NCBI GenBank assembly: GCA_040954595.2
Contig: CM082581.2
Location: forward strand, 2,658,699-2,722,698
Direction: 5' to 3'
DNA: 64,000 bases
Origin: Balanoglossus misakiensis
Taxonomy: Eukaryota; Animalia; Hemichordata
Under the pieces are notes generated by a model, which was not told the origin of the DNA, made no database searches, and saw only the letters and a program-made list of their open reading frames with translations. Both the position numbers and the translations under genes were made by a program. Shown one piece after another: positions 1 to 12,700 of this stretch; positions within the stretch are counted from its first letter, which is position 1, and each line of letters begins with the position of its first letter.

Positions 1-94
1 TAGCGCAGTGCATCGCCCTCCGCTGCGCGTCGGGCGATACTTGGCGCTAATGTCCTCGTGCATACTTTGCGGTATTTTCGTAATAACCTCATAT

Positions 95-1008
95 TATTAC
101 GGCCTAAATAACGACTTTTTCGCTCCTTGGTTGGTCACGCGGACGGAAAGACAGGGTTTTAGCGAGTTTATCTATCTCTTTGCTGAGCACTCCATATTCA
201 GAATTGCCCAAGTGAACCGCGACAAAAAAACGGCCAAGTTTCTCTGCATGTTTCTTATACCCGACAGATAAAAAACGCAGCGTAGATATTGAAATGAATT
301 GGATTTATGAAATTGATAAAAAATACAAAGATAATGTCGTTAAAAGTTCTCACAAAAAAAAACAAAAAAAACAAATGGTCTCGAACCAACATCTGTTGAC
401 ACCTACAGGTAAAAAGGCTAGCCTTCCTGAACCCTTCGCCATCAAGATGTGTACTCGAAAAAGTCGGAACTTTTCCGCACTATATTGCAGCACAACTCCA
501 ATTAGCGGTGCAAATAAGAGTTCCCTGCACCGCAGCGGTGCGAATAAGAGTTCCCTGCCGCGCAACGATCTGACCGTTCTTTATTTACTCCTCGGCGACA
601 TAAATCGTTTTATTACGGCCTAAATAAGGACTTTTTCGCTCCTTGGTTGGTCATGCGGACGGAAAGACACGGTTTTAGCGAGTTTATCTTTCTCTCTCCT
701 GAGCACTCCGTATTCACACCTGCCCAAGTGAACCGCGACAAAAATGACCAAGTTTCCCTGCAAGTTTCTTATACTCGACAGATAAAATACGTAGCGTTGA
801 TATTGAAATGAATTGGCTTTTTGAAAATAATAAAAATTACACTGATAATGTCGTTAAAAATTCTCACACACAAAAAAGAAATGGACAAAAAAGTGGTCTC
901 GAACCAACACCAGTTGACACCTTCATGTAAAAGGCTAGCCTTCCTGAACCATTCGCCATCAAGATGTCGTTAAAAGTTCTCACACCCCAAAAAATAGAAA
1001 AAAAGTGG
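95..1008 (+). repeat. ~515-560-bp satellite, about 1.8 monomers, with internal ~25-bp palindromic sub-repeats (GCACCGCWGCGGTGC)
   Basis: TATTACGGCCTAAATAA recurs with GGCC at 101 and 617. The same monomer appears reverse-complemented at 14955-20880. Confidence 0.9.
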
Positions 1009-1502
1009 GCGCTTGGGCCCCTAACGATTCAGAGAGTTTGACAGCTACTCAAACACTTCTTAGTACTTTTCCTATTGATAGCACCATGTCTTCACACAAT
1101 GAAATTTCAGGTCGGCCTTCATCAGTCACTAACCTATGTACTCATTGTGTTCCACTCAACATGAATGTTTAGATGATGCTGGGTATGCATCTGAGAATCC
1201 AGCTTGTGACGACGGCACACACTGTTTAGGTATTCCAATTTCACCTACACCGATAGTTACAAATATTACAAGTCAGGATAAACCATACTTTCATCATGAT
1301 CAAAAATTGTCCAGCTGTGATACGTTCGCAAAAATTCTAGTGTGCCACAACAGTTACAATCTGAATCCTCCCACGATTGCCACTTGGGCATGGCCCAGGC
1401 TAATAACAGCGATTATGACTCTAAAAACCGACATTGTGATGGTGGCATTCATAATGCAGACTCCCAATTTCCCCGCCAGTCATCAACAATAACAATCATG
1501 AC

Positions 1503-2786
1503 ATGCCTGTTGATATATTGTCCAACATGCCACAACATCCACATTCCGGGTCCTCCTACAATAGTAATTGTGATTTTATCCAGGCAGGTATCATAGATGA
1601 TATGCAGCATATCTCAACAACAGATACACTTTCATATCCGCATATGGCAGATTGTGATTTTGAACAAAGTCAGAGCGCTCACATCCCAATAGAGTATTGG
1701 CCACACCCATTGTCCCCCACAGCCTCACTGTCTATTCAAAAGCATGTCAAAATTTACAATTCAAATTTACCCAATTACAAAGGGTGCCGCGTTCCAGTTC
1801 AGTCAAATCTATGCATTCCAATTTGGCGAGCTAAACTACAAGGGTATGATGACTATGCAGTTTGTGATTTCTTAGAATTTGGATGGCCATTGAATTACAC
1901 ATTATCCCATCACCCACTTCCAGTTTCCACCAACCACAAATCAGCAGTGCTGTACCCAGATCACGTAGACAGATATATCTCTAAGGAGGTAGCCCTAGGC
2001 GGTTCAGTCGGGCCCTTTCACGACAATCCCTTTGACAAACCTCTTACGTTATCACCGCTTCAAACTGTTGACAAGAAGGATTCGCCGGATCGGCGGGTGG
2101 TTATCGATCTGCGTTTCCCTATCGGCCACTCAGTGAATGATGGGATACCTTCTGATTTCTATTTGGACGGGCCTTTTTCCTTGACTTACCCTGGCGTCGA
2201 TGATCTCACTAAGCTTATCAGAATAAAAGGCCCTGGTTGTTTACTTTACAAGCGTGATTTGAAACGGGCTTACCGCCAAATTCCTGTCGATTCGCATGAC
2301 TATTTCCTATTGGGGTACAGGTGGAGAGAAATGATTTTCTTTGACACTAAATTGCCCTTTGGGTTACGAATGGCCTCCATTGCATGCCAGCGCACTACCA
2401 ATGCAGTCCGGTATATATCACAACAGGAGGGAAGCGATTGTGTGAATTATTTAGATGATTTTGCTGGTGCGGAATCAGTCGATAAGGCTGATTTTGCATT
2501 CACTCAATTGGGCAATTTACTTATTATTGAGCTTGGTCTCGATGAATTATCGGGAAAAGCTTGTTCCCCGTCCCCAGTAATGACCTTCCTTGGTCGACAA
2601 TTCAATACTATTGACATGGCTATGAGTGTGCCACAGCAGAAACTTGAAGAAACTAAACAGTACCTCCCCATGTGTGGTTGTCTAGGAAATGGTCTAATAA
2701 AAGATAATTACAGTCCCTTATCGGTAAACTGGCCTTTCTGGCAGGTTGCGTCAGGCCAAGGCGGGTCTTTATCTCACGGTTATTAG
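1503..2786 (+). pseudogene. Reverse transcriptase of the YR retrotransposon, frameshifted near the C-terminus
   Basis: 427-aa ORF containing FLEFGWP, DLKRAYRQ, LPFG and NYLDDF. Confidence 0.88.
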
Positions 2787-3396
2787 ACAAGTTGCGCACA
2801 CTGCGACGTCAACATCATCGTTTCCATATCAATGCCGAGTTCAAAAAAAGATATTCTGTGGTGGACCTCATACCTAGAGCATTTCAATGGTATATCAATG
2901 TTACCCACTGGGGATTGGGGGTTCCCAGACCAATTTCTCACCACAGATGCATGCTTACTAGGGGCCGGTGGCACCTTTCTGGTGAGTATTTCCATTGCCA
3001 ATTTCCCCAAACCATTCGTGAAAAAGAATACCACATCAGCATTCTAGAATTCTTGACTGTAATGGTTGCATGTAAACTGTGGGCCACTCAACTAACGGGC
3101 AGACAATTTATCATTCAGTGAGATAACGAAGCCACTGTTCACGTCCTTGACTCCGGTCGTACGAGAGATGTTGAAATGCGCAAGGGAAATATGGTTCGTT
3201 GCTTCCCAATATCAGTTTCAAATCAAGGCAGTACATGTCAGCGGCCCTTCTAATCGTATCGCAGACATACTCAGCCGTTGGGACACCGATGATCGTAGCC
3301 ATGCCAAATTCATAGAATTGACAGGGGCTAAACAATTGACAGAAAAGCACATTATTCAATTTCACTCATGACTGGTATTTTCTCCATTTTTCACAG

Positions 3397-3782
3397 GAGC
3401 AGAAGCCTTCAACAAAGGATTAAGAATATTCCACCGAAAGTGGACCTCTACCATTTCCGCTGCTTATGCACATGGGACAATTTCAAATTTTCACTCGCAG
3501 TGGAAGACTTTCTTCCTGTTTTGCATTTTCAATGGTTTGAAGCCAGTTCCTGCCTCCACAACCAGTTTAGCTTTGTTCGTTGGGTGTTTATCGGCAACAA
3601 TTAGAAATGTTGGTACCTTGAAAATCTACCTTAATGCAGTTCGCCTGCTACACGAGTTGAATGGTTTTGACGGGCAAGTGGTTCACCATCTGTCTTTATG
3701 TTTAACTTTGCAGGGCATCACACACACCTACCATCAAGTTCCCAAACGCAAATTAGCCATCACGCCTTCTATTTTGCCGTGA
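3397..3782 (+). pseudogene. Tyrosine recombinase N-terminal (core-binding) fragment; catalytic domain missing
   Basis: The frame of ORF 3537-3782 extends upstream without a stop to 3372. The sequence resembles DIRS YR N-termini (Y...W..F..FC, LKIYL, LQGI, ITP). Confidence 0.75.
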
Positions 3783-4116
3783 TTTTAAAGACTGGTGTTT
3801 TCGTCTGTACAATCCATTCTTGTACAATATTCTCTTTAAATTTCACAAGCTCAGAATAAAATCGTGATATTTGTTTTCAAAGCCAACATTTCACAATAGT
3901 TGAAACCCATGTTGAAATATAAAGGAACTGTTACCCACTATTCAAAACATTGTGATGAAATGCTCGAGACTCAGATCTGGAAAGCCCTTAGTCTGAAATT
4001 TAGCAGTGACTTTCTGGTGACATTGAATGTGATGTACATAATAATTAAACTTTCTGGCCACGTAACCTCCCGCGTTGATCAGTTAAGCTTTTGACTCCTT
4101 AGGTTCATTGCAATAA

Positions 4117-4433
4117 GACTTAGTATCTCGTGCTCACGACTTAGTATCTCGTGCGCACGACTTAGTATCTCGCGCTCACGACTTAGTATCTCGTGCCCAC
4201 GACTTAGCATCTCGTGCCCACGACTTAGCATCTCGTGCCCACGACTTAGCATCTCGTGCCCACGACTTAGTATCTCGTGCTCACGACTTAGTATCTCGTG
4301 CCCACGACTTAGCATCTCGTGCCCACGACTTAGCATCTCGTGCCCACGACTTAGTATCTCGTGCTCACGACTTAGCATCTCGTGCCCACGACTTAGCATC
4401 TCGTGCCCACGACTTAGTATCTCGTGCTCACGA
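4117..4433. repeat. 21-bp minisatellite (GACTTAGYATCTCGTGCYCAC), about 15 copies
   Basis: Tandem periodicity is directly visible. It generates the artefactual MLSRGHE-repeat ORF. Confidence 0.97.
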
Positions 4434-5486
4434 GATTAAAAAAAAATTTTGCTTTACGAAATGTCCCTAACGGGCTTTCATACATATCACATAAGTCATT
4501 TATATTTTCATTTTCTATGGTGTTGATTTGAAACCCAGTCAGTATCTCATATTCTGTTCCACATAGAAACAAACTTTCAGCCTCATTTACCATAAAGCTC
4601 CTACCCTAGGAGATAGGTGCCGTTAATCAGAATTTTTGGTAAGGAAGGTTTGAGAAGTCAATTATATGTAAAAAATGGTGCTGATTCCATAAAAGTCAGT
4701 CTTATTGACCCCACTCAAGACAAAATTCAGTATATGCTTGAATTTGGAATCATTTTTCATTCTCTTTTGTATATATTCACAGTGCTACAACATATTTTGT
4801 ATGCTAGAACCTTAATATATATGTCGGAGTATGATAGGCTGTCAAACATTCATTTGGCGGCCATATTGGATTTATGCAAAATATAAAGTGCAAATGCAAA
4901 TATTTTTTTTAAAAATTGTTTCAAATGTCATAGAGGTAGATTTGAATAAAACATACTAAAATTGCTTGCGTATTACCCGTTAACTGCCCAAATATGTTTT
5001 TTTAAGAATACTGTTCACCATATTGAATTTATGCAAATTATGAAAACTGCCCATGTCAAATATTATTCCAAAATGTTTCTTCATGAACATGACATATTTT
5101 TAAACTTTAAAATCATGGAAAAATAATAAGAAGATGGTGAAAAAAAGAATCCTTTAGCTTTTAAGATTTTTTGTATTAGTAAAATCTTTGCAAACTTATA
5201 AGGTTGACAATCTCTTGACATAAAAATAAACTAAAAAGAAGACTTTCGCCAAAACGCACAGCATGACTGAACTTTTGAGTAAATGTAGTATAACATGTCA
5301 TTAATTAAATTAACTTTATTTAATTGTAATTGTATTTAATTTTCCTTACGTGTACTTTAGTTTGAGTTTGGCAGCTAGTTGAAAATATATAATTTGGATA
5401 CTGTTGATCGTAAAACTCATCCAAATTGACCTTACTGCCTGATGGAGTACATGGTGTACTTTTTGAAATATCTGTAATGGGAGCTA

Positions 5487-6056
5487 TCAGTCAATCAATC
5501 AATCGAAAACATTTATATGGCGCCAATATCCAGAGTACGGTTCAGTGGCGCCCGATGGTTGTTCACACACTGTAGGCTTTTTTAATGATGTACGTTCAGT
5601 AAAATTGAAAGTATTGTCATTTTTTTAATTGTGGATTTTTTTATTCTCCTTTGTATGTATAATGAAAATCCGTAATAAAATATAGGGGTCACCGCGCTTG
5701 TTTTTGAAATACAGAGCCATGAATTTGGTCGATAATAGAAGAAATCTGCTGACTCAGCATTTTTCACCAATGGTTTGTCTATGGGCAAATTTTTTAACGC
5801 AATTTATCTCAAAATAGAGCGCGGTGACCCCTATATTTTATTTGACCAATGAATTTATATTTGCTGGACTGAGCTATGTGTAAGATTTCGTGAAAATGAC
5901 AATAGTAGAAGTTTGTTTTCTGGCGATTATCAATGTAATCCTATGGGAAAAAGACCGGGCGCGCAGTGTTTCCGGTTTATGTTCTGCGCGTACATCCTTA
6001 AACAAGTAAGTCTGCAGTTTCCCCTTAAAAGCGTCTAGACAGGGAGCTAGAGGCAT
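5487..6056 (-). mobile_element. 3' fragment of an L2-type LINE (ORF2 C-terminus, 3' UTR, (TGAT)n tail), interrupted by a MITE
   Basis: LDAFKGKLQTYLFKDV resembles the L2 ORF2 end FK..LKT.LF. Removing the MITE gives YLFKDVHH-stop. A GGCGCCATATAAA motif and TTGA repeats lie at 5487-5525. Confidence 0.7.
5593..5990. mobile_element. Non-autonomous Tc1/mariner-type MITE with TA target duplication
   Basis: TA at 5591-5592 and 5991-5992. Imperfect TIRs CGTTCAG / CTGCGCG. Internal inverted repeat AAATATAGGGGTCACCGCGCT (~5678) / AGCGCGGTGACCCCTATATTT (~5818). Confidence 0.75.
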
Positions 6057-6499
6057 ATGCCTGCTTGGTTCGCTTCGGTGAATGTATTTTCGACGGACAT
6101 AAGTGCAGATTTCTGCAGCACAAAATAATAAGTCTAGTACTTCTCTGATTGGGTGCTATCTTCACAGAGGACGTTGGTGTGGAAGGACGAGTCCAGCAGA
6201 AGGTTTTCTTCAAGCAGCTCCATGCCTGACTTCTTTTGCTCCAATGCACAGACGATGATACTGACAAGATTTTTGAGTGACCTTATATTATGAAGAAAAG
6301 CAATCAGTTATATCGGTACGTTAAGAGATTGTAACCGGGGCGTTTGTTCAGATTCGGTATTTTGTTCATGAAATGAGTGGAAACACTTTGATCAGAATCA
6401 CTCTCCACTCAGTATGCTTAGGACCTGAGTTAAGAATAACATTGACATTGACCGAGATATTTTCGTAAATAGCCGTACTCATATTGATGGTTGCATTAA

Positions 6500-7839
6500 T
6501 TACTTTTGCATCTTATTTTAAGTAATGTGTTCTCATCCGAGGAAGTTTGCAGTTCTGTAAATTCGTCTTCAGACTCAACTGCTTCACATTTTTAATCTGA
6601 GAGGAATGTTCTTCATCACTATCCGAATCAACATCGTCTATTGAGCGCCTGGCTATGAAACCATCGCCACATCTGCATCAATAGTTAAATCTCCAGGCAA
6701 AACAGCTGTCTCATTAACATCCGTCATGTTTACTCTGACATTCATGATAAACATGCAGCACTATAGACATTTGTGTTGCAAGATTTGAATGAAATTCATC
6801 TCCGCATGTGAAGGAAGGACAGACCGAAATTTGTACGCCCCACTGGAACATGGCCATGGGGACAAACAGACCTATTGCAATTACCTCACAACCATCAACT
6901 GCTGCCATGGGCGGTATTTCGAATTCCGTTCCAGGAAAAAAAAAACAACAACACAGGTTTGAAGTCATAGCGAACTAAAGTATATACGTTTATTAAAATA
7001 ACACTAATTATAATCAAATAATTCCGATCATATCCATCCATATTCCAAATATATTCAATCAATTATCACATTTATGTGGCACATTGTACAGACAAACACA
7101 ACACAATACAGCACAGGTATTACAGTTAGTCCAAAAAGATATCCTCCAGTAGTTGAATGTACGCATGTGCACATAATAACTACCTAGATCTATAGTGAAT
7201 ATGTCCTCAAGACATTGGAAACCTGCGATAATTAATACACCTGTGCCACATTTGTTCAAAAATAAATGTAGTTACAATTCAATTCCAATACTGTTTAAAT
7301 GCAGACTTTATTTATTTAGCTTAATCCTTATTATTAAATGTAATAAAGCGACAGTGTTGCGCTTACTGTAAGAAAAACCTAACTAGCAATCATAAATGAT
7401 ATTTTGCATTCGATCATTGAGTCAATAACATGGATAAAGCTCAAAGCCAGAACAGTAATCTATGTGTCATTTTGCAACTTCGGAGCAGGGTCTAGGTTTC
7501 TTACAAAACGCGAAATCCCGATGACCAACACAATATGCACAGCCAGATATGCAGCGATAAAGCATAGGACTAGAACCATGAAAGTGTTGCCATTGTTACC
7601 GAGTTCGTCACCTGTCAAGAAAAAATATTGATAGCAAAAAAGCTTAAAGTGCAGAATATGAGGCCTTGGGCTATAGGCGTGGTCAGGATTCATTCGGGTT
7701 ACTTGTGACGTTGGCAGGATCCATTCAGGTTACTTATGAAATACAGAATTATATATTTGCGAGCATAACCATCTATATATTCAATAAAATCACTAGGCAA
7801 ATATATTTTACCATTGACTGGTACATGGCCAATCAAAAA

Positions 7840-7908
<69 letters not shown>

Positions 7909-9030
7909 ACATCAGCAGCACAGCGTGGCCTAGCACAGACAACCATAAATGCAGCCAGAAGACAAAACCGTGAAAGAAAGATGCACGGACCTCTGGCAAA
8001 ATAAAGAAGTGATATCATGCAGGTGTTTCAAAAATATTAAGGCCGCCCAGTCTCATTTTATATTATTTGATTGTGTTTTGTTTCTACAATTGTGATTGTG
8101 AAGCACAGTGGGCCTATACTTACAGCGGGGCACTTTCGAATCGCCATCGACAACACTAATGCTTGGGAAATGTTGGCACAGTGGACCTTTACATGCAGTA
8201 TGAGGAGAGAAGATGCTGGCGTCGATTGTATCTGTTGATATGGAGACAGAATCAGTGTGGGCTCCCTCAACGTCTGGTTCAGTCCCATCAATCAATCAAT
8301 CAATCAACAAAGTTTATATAGCGCCAAAATCCCCCCCCCCCCATGCACTACAGTTGTAGCCGTTATAGTAGGGTTTTCCTTCAAGATGAAACCAGACACG
8401 CTCTCAGTGCCCTTGTAATCAGGGATGTCTGTCAGAACTTCGTTATCTGTCGTTTCGTATCGCTGCATTACGGTTAACTCTAACGAGGATTCTGTTTCAG
8501 TCATTCTAGTTTCAGATTTAGCATCAGCGCCAGTATCTTCTGTGACATCTGTTGACATTTTTGAATAACTGGTGTCAGTAACATCAGAGCTAACATGGTC
8601 TGTATACCCAGGTGTATTCGACACTGGTTCACCTGTAATGTAAAACCCACAAGATATAACTGGTTTAGGATAAGTGGTATTCAAAGAAGCGTTGGGTCAC
8701 AAAAGGGCGCCATGTTTACTTCGGCTTGTATTAGTGATTCATTGAAGTCTGTTAGGTCCATATCTGACAAGAAACTGCCACGCTGAATATTGCAATTTCT
8801 GGTAACATCATTCATTCAAACTGCAATAAATCGATGGTGCAGATCGGATACACCTCTTAGTAAAACGGGTTTCCCGTTTATTTTTGGAGGACGTTTACAC
8901 TTATTTTGTCTGCCGGTAATGTGGATAATGTAACGTTCTCGCGACGAAGGTTTTATTAGACACGCAAGAGAGAACCAATACAAGAAGTGGCGATGCAGTT
9001 CTTTTCTGAGATGGCGACATTTCAGTACTT
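6500..9030 (-). pseudogene. Degraded multi-exon gene for a Thr/Ser/acidic-rich single-pass membrane protein
   Basis: A large exon at ~8124-8820 is T/S/E/D-rich and ends in a GTAAGT donor (phase 1). It splices in phase to exon 7505-7611 (CDELGNNGNTFMVLVLCFIAAYLAVHIVLVIGISRF, transmembrane-like; ..GACAG acceptor, GTAAGA donor). An acidic remnant DDVDSDSDEE lies near 6600-6650. Frameshifts and stops are present, and the outer exons are uncertain. Confidence 0.55.
7840..7908. repeat. (CA)n microsatellite
   Basis: Directly visible. Confidence 0.98.
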
Positions 9031-9291
9031 GCATGTCGCAATCGTTCGTGACTCAAGTTACATTAGAGTTCAACATATTAACAAACATGGTACAATTATT
9101 ACGCCACAACTTTGCAATACAATGAAACTGCACACAACACCACATTTAGATTGTGCAAAAACAGACCTACACTAGCCCACAAATATAAATAATCTCAATT
9201 CAGCGCGGACTTTTTCATCAACAGTTCCAGTTTTACCTAGTGTGAACATGGTATCAGTCTACAGTTTGGTTCAATGTGGTTCAACCACATG

Positions 9292-9469
9292 CAGTAAAAA
9301 CCTGTCGAAATGGAACATGCCGTATCTGGAAAACTGTCTATAATGAACACATTTTCCTGTCCCCTTGACATAGAACCACGTGTTAAAAGAACCTTTACAA
9401 ACCGGAAACGTCTGTAAAGTGAACAATTTCTTCTGTCCCTTTGGTGTTCGGATTAGACGGGTTTTACTG
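9292..9469. mobile_element. Short pogo/Tigger-like MITE
   Basis: Imperfect TIRs CAGTAAAAACCTGTC...GGAACA / TGTTCGGATTAGACGGGTTTTACTG, followed by TA. Confidence 0.6.
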
Positions 9470-9729
9470 TACATGTGTTTTGGTCATAGAGAATTGTCAC
9501 TCAACCTTAGAAAATACCATTATTATGATCTTTCAGATTCAAATCTATATCAGTCTATTACTGAAATAACACAACATCGTAATCAAAACCATTATTACAA
9601 TAGTGACTGAAGCTCATTGTGATGAAATTCCTAGAGTTTCTTCATCAAAAGATCAAGCAGTTGACTCACATTGCAAGTATCAGATTTGTGATGTCATTTT
9701 TATTCCAACATTAAACGTCTTTATTCCAG

Positions 9730-12700
9730 AATGATTCCACAGCATTGCATGCAGCGTCCTTCAAAGGTAAATTGGATGCTGTCAGGGTGTTGATTAGCCA
9801 TGGTGCAGATGTCAATGCGAAGGATGAGGTATGTGAACTGACTTATCACTTAATTATGGATAACGTGGCCACACAATTGGATAACAAAAAAAATGCCTTT
9901 GAAAAAGACCTAATTACAACACTCTTATTTTCATCCAAAATTACTTTGCATGATCCAAATTCAATGGGAAGAAACAAGCTAACCCTGAACAAGAAGAGGG
10001 AAAGGCCAAAAAGTATTACCCATACTGATTTAGTTTTACTAACCATGATACCCTTGGGATCCAGCCATAGGAAGGACAGTGGGACACATTGCACTCTAAA
10101 TTTAACAATCTTTACAATTTAGCCAAAGATGTTGAACCATAGTGTATTTGACACATTTGTTCCGAATGATTAAATATGTTCCAGAAAGTAAATTTTGATG
10201 GATTTTTTTGTGTTTCACCAAAGTTAACAAATTTTTATTTTTTTTCAAGCCATCTCTGAAATTTTGCTGGCAATCTTTTTTTAAATCTTCCAGATCCCCT
10301 CCATCCTTAGTTAAGCTATGGAGTCTAAAACATCCAATGTTAAAAGCTATATGACCAGTCAAAGCGTTTTCCTCGCTGTCAGAATCAATTGAGATTCTTC
10401 ACCGTCATTCTTTGATCTGTATTCATTTTAACAGTCGGCAATTTTCATTTTGTGTGTAGAAGGACTGTGGATTATCCTTTCAAATCAGTCAATATGCCAT
10501 TCTTGGTTGTTTTTTTGCAATATGGCTGATACTTTTGATATTTGTTTATTTATTTGTAGGTTTGTTTGTTTGTTTAAAGAAACCTCATATTACATTTCAA
10601 TTTTTGTGACATTGTTCCCATGCTTCTCCTTCATTACTTACAGGATGGAGTCACCCCTTTGAATGATGCAGCAGGGTTTGGTGGTGAAGGCTGTGTCAGA
10701 TTGTTATTGGAACACAAAGCTGATGTTACCATACAAACCCAGGTAAATACCAACTTGACTTCTGCAGGTAAATTCTAAAAGTATGAGCTTTCTCAATAGT
10801 GCCATTTCCTCTGTAGTTTTCTTAGTAAATTGTGTCTAGGATACAATGTATATATTTGTCCATTGCCCTTTGAATCAAAACTACTCCCTCCATTGGTCAG
10901 GTGTTGTACAGACAGACTGATGACAGTCCATGCCAATCCTATCACAGAAAGTATCAGATAGGGTGATTGTCTGTCGGCCTCCAGCATCTGCCAACTCCTG
11001 TCTGGTACCTAATACAATTCATCATAAGGAGGTGCCATATAATTTATCATTGTCCTTTGAATCAAAACTACTTCCTCTCGGCCAGGTGTTGTCCAGACAC
11101 AGGCAAGTATTGATTCATTATGGTGATGTGATTGTCTCTCCTATATCTGAGACATTTGATCTCCACTGTGAGCAATTTGGAGTTATGAGAAAGGGGGATT
11201 GTCTCCAGCATCTGCCAAAAACTGTCTTGTTGAACATAAGGATGTTGTTGTTTATTGCATTGTGTATCGTCAATCTTTTGTGGTTTAAATAATAATCTCA
11301 TTATTGGCACAGCGATTTCTGTCTGTCCTTCTGTAGACAGATTTTGTTCCACTCATATCTTGAGAGAAATTGAATCCAATGATATGAAATTGTGTATGTA
11401 GCATTGTTATGATAAGTTCTAGATCTGATAAGATTTTGGTGGGTATGGCTTATTAATAAATTCTCCTTTGCATATTTGTGTGTGGTCGAACGTTGATTCA
11501 CTACATACACATGTAGAATAACATAAACAGTGTCTTGTATCAAACATAATTAATGGAAAAAGGGAAGCGAGAGAGAGAGAGACTTTGTCCCTTTAATATT
11601 CAGGAGTTTACTTTTCTTGTATACGTACACTCTTATAACGATTGTAAATCTTGAGAATGGCTATCAAGTTGACAACCCTCGCACAAGTACATCATGTACA
11701 TAAACAAAAATAGTCTGGTTTGTGGAGCCTCCTCCCTTTTTTACAGGAAGTACTTTCAAAATATTTTTATGCAATCAGTCCACACTCATGCTCAGTTTTG
11801 TGTCAGAATTATAGTCATAGCAACATTTTGAGTAAGACTTTACCAGAAGAACTTGTTTTCATTGCGGCTCTGATTGGGGCCGTTTTAAACTGGGGTTTGT
11901 TTGGCAACTTTTAGGACCGAAGGACGGATGCGCAGCCATGGTCACATCACACATGTCAAGTTGGGGACTTGCTGGGGGCAGGGGTGCTTGTTGACGGTGC
12001 CGAGAGGAGTCGGCCAGTTTTAGCTTGTACTTCAGGCCGAATAGCACAGTGCCAACCCAATTTACCTTTTATAAACTTTATAAAATATAATACATTTTAA
12101 CATTAAATTGTTCAGTCGGATGATTTTTTTCATCATTCTGAGCAACACAGCGGCAGCATTTGGATTGCTCTTTCTCTTGGAAATAGCTCAAGCTTATAAA
12201 ACATGAGGTCTGTGCGGCTCCACTCCTCAGCTTCTCATCACTGTCTGTCACTTACCCAATCATTTCAAAGGGGTGATCAAGATGGCCAGAACAGCCAGTT
12301 TTAACCAACCAGGTTCCAGAACCTGAGAGAAGGCGCTAAAAGCATGCAATAGATATATTGATGAGATAAACATTGGGAACAATAGGATTAAGGGAAGTGT
12401 GACTGGTCCAATCTGTTCTGTTTTAGTGTGGGGCACGGCTGGAATGGTTACACAAATGTCCTTGAAAGTTAGTGCTACTGTGGCTTTCAATGGTATCTCT
12501 TATGAAGAGTTTTGATAATTTTGTTTGTTCTTTATATTTCATGAAAAGAATGACTGCATTCATTGCATTTAATTTTGTTTGCCACACATTCCCATTGGCC
12601 ACAGTGTCCACTGAAGTCTTTCTTTGGTTATTAGACTTTTTGATGCAGTGCGATGGAGAAAGGGAATCAGTGTTAACTTTCTTCAGATGGATTTTTTTTG

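Larger units (their letters stand above)
1503..3782 (+). mobile_element. Decayed tyrosine-recombinase retrotransposon (DIRS/Ngaro/PAT-like): RT, RNase H and N-terminal part of YR
   Basis: RT motifs RRVVIDLRFP, KRDLKRAYRQIPV, LPFGLR and YLDD. RNase H motifs TDAC, HISILEFL, DNEA and HVSGPSNRIADILSRW. YR N-terminal domain AYAHGTISNFHSQWKTF...LKIYLNAVRLLH...KLAITPSIL. Frameshifts near 2660 and 2990, a stop near 3119, and truncation at about 3782. Confidence 0.9.

Noticed and set aside
8-623. Short ORFs in the 530-bp satellite (also 15315-16673 and 19723-20913)
   Set aside because: Frames are not conserved between monomers, and homopolymer-length variation breaks them.
7666-8018. HT- and CV-repeat ORFs
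   Set aside because: Translations of the (CA)n microsatellite.
12500-12620. Cys/His-rich minus-strand fragment (HCGQWECVANKIKCNECSHSFH), possibly a PHD-like remnant of an old LINE in the ankyrin intron
   Set aside because: Too short and degraded to assign without a search.
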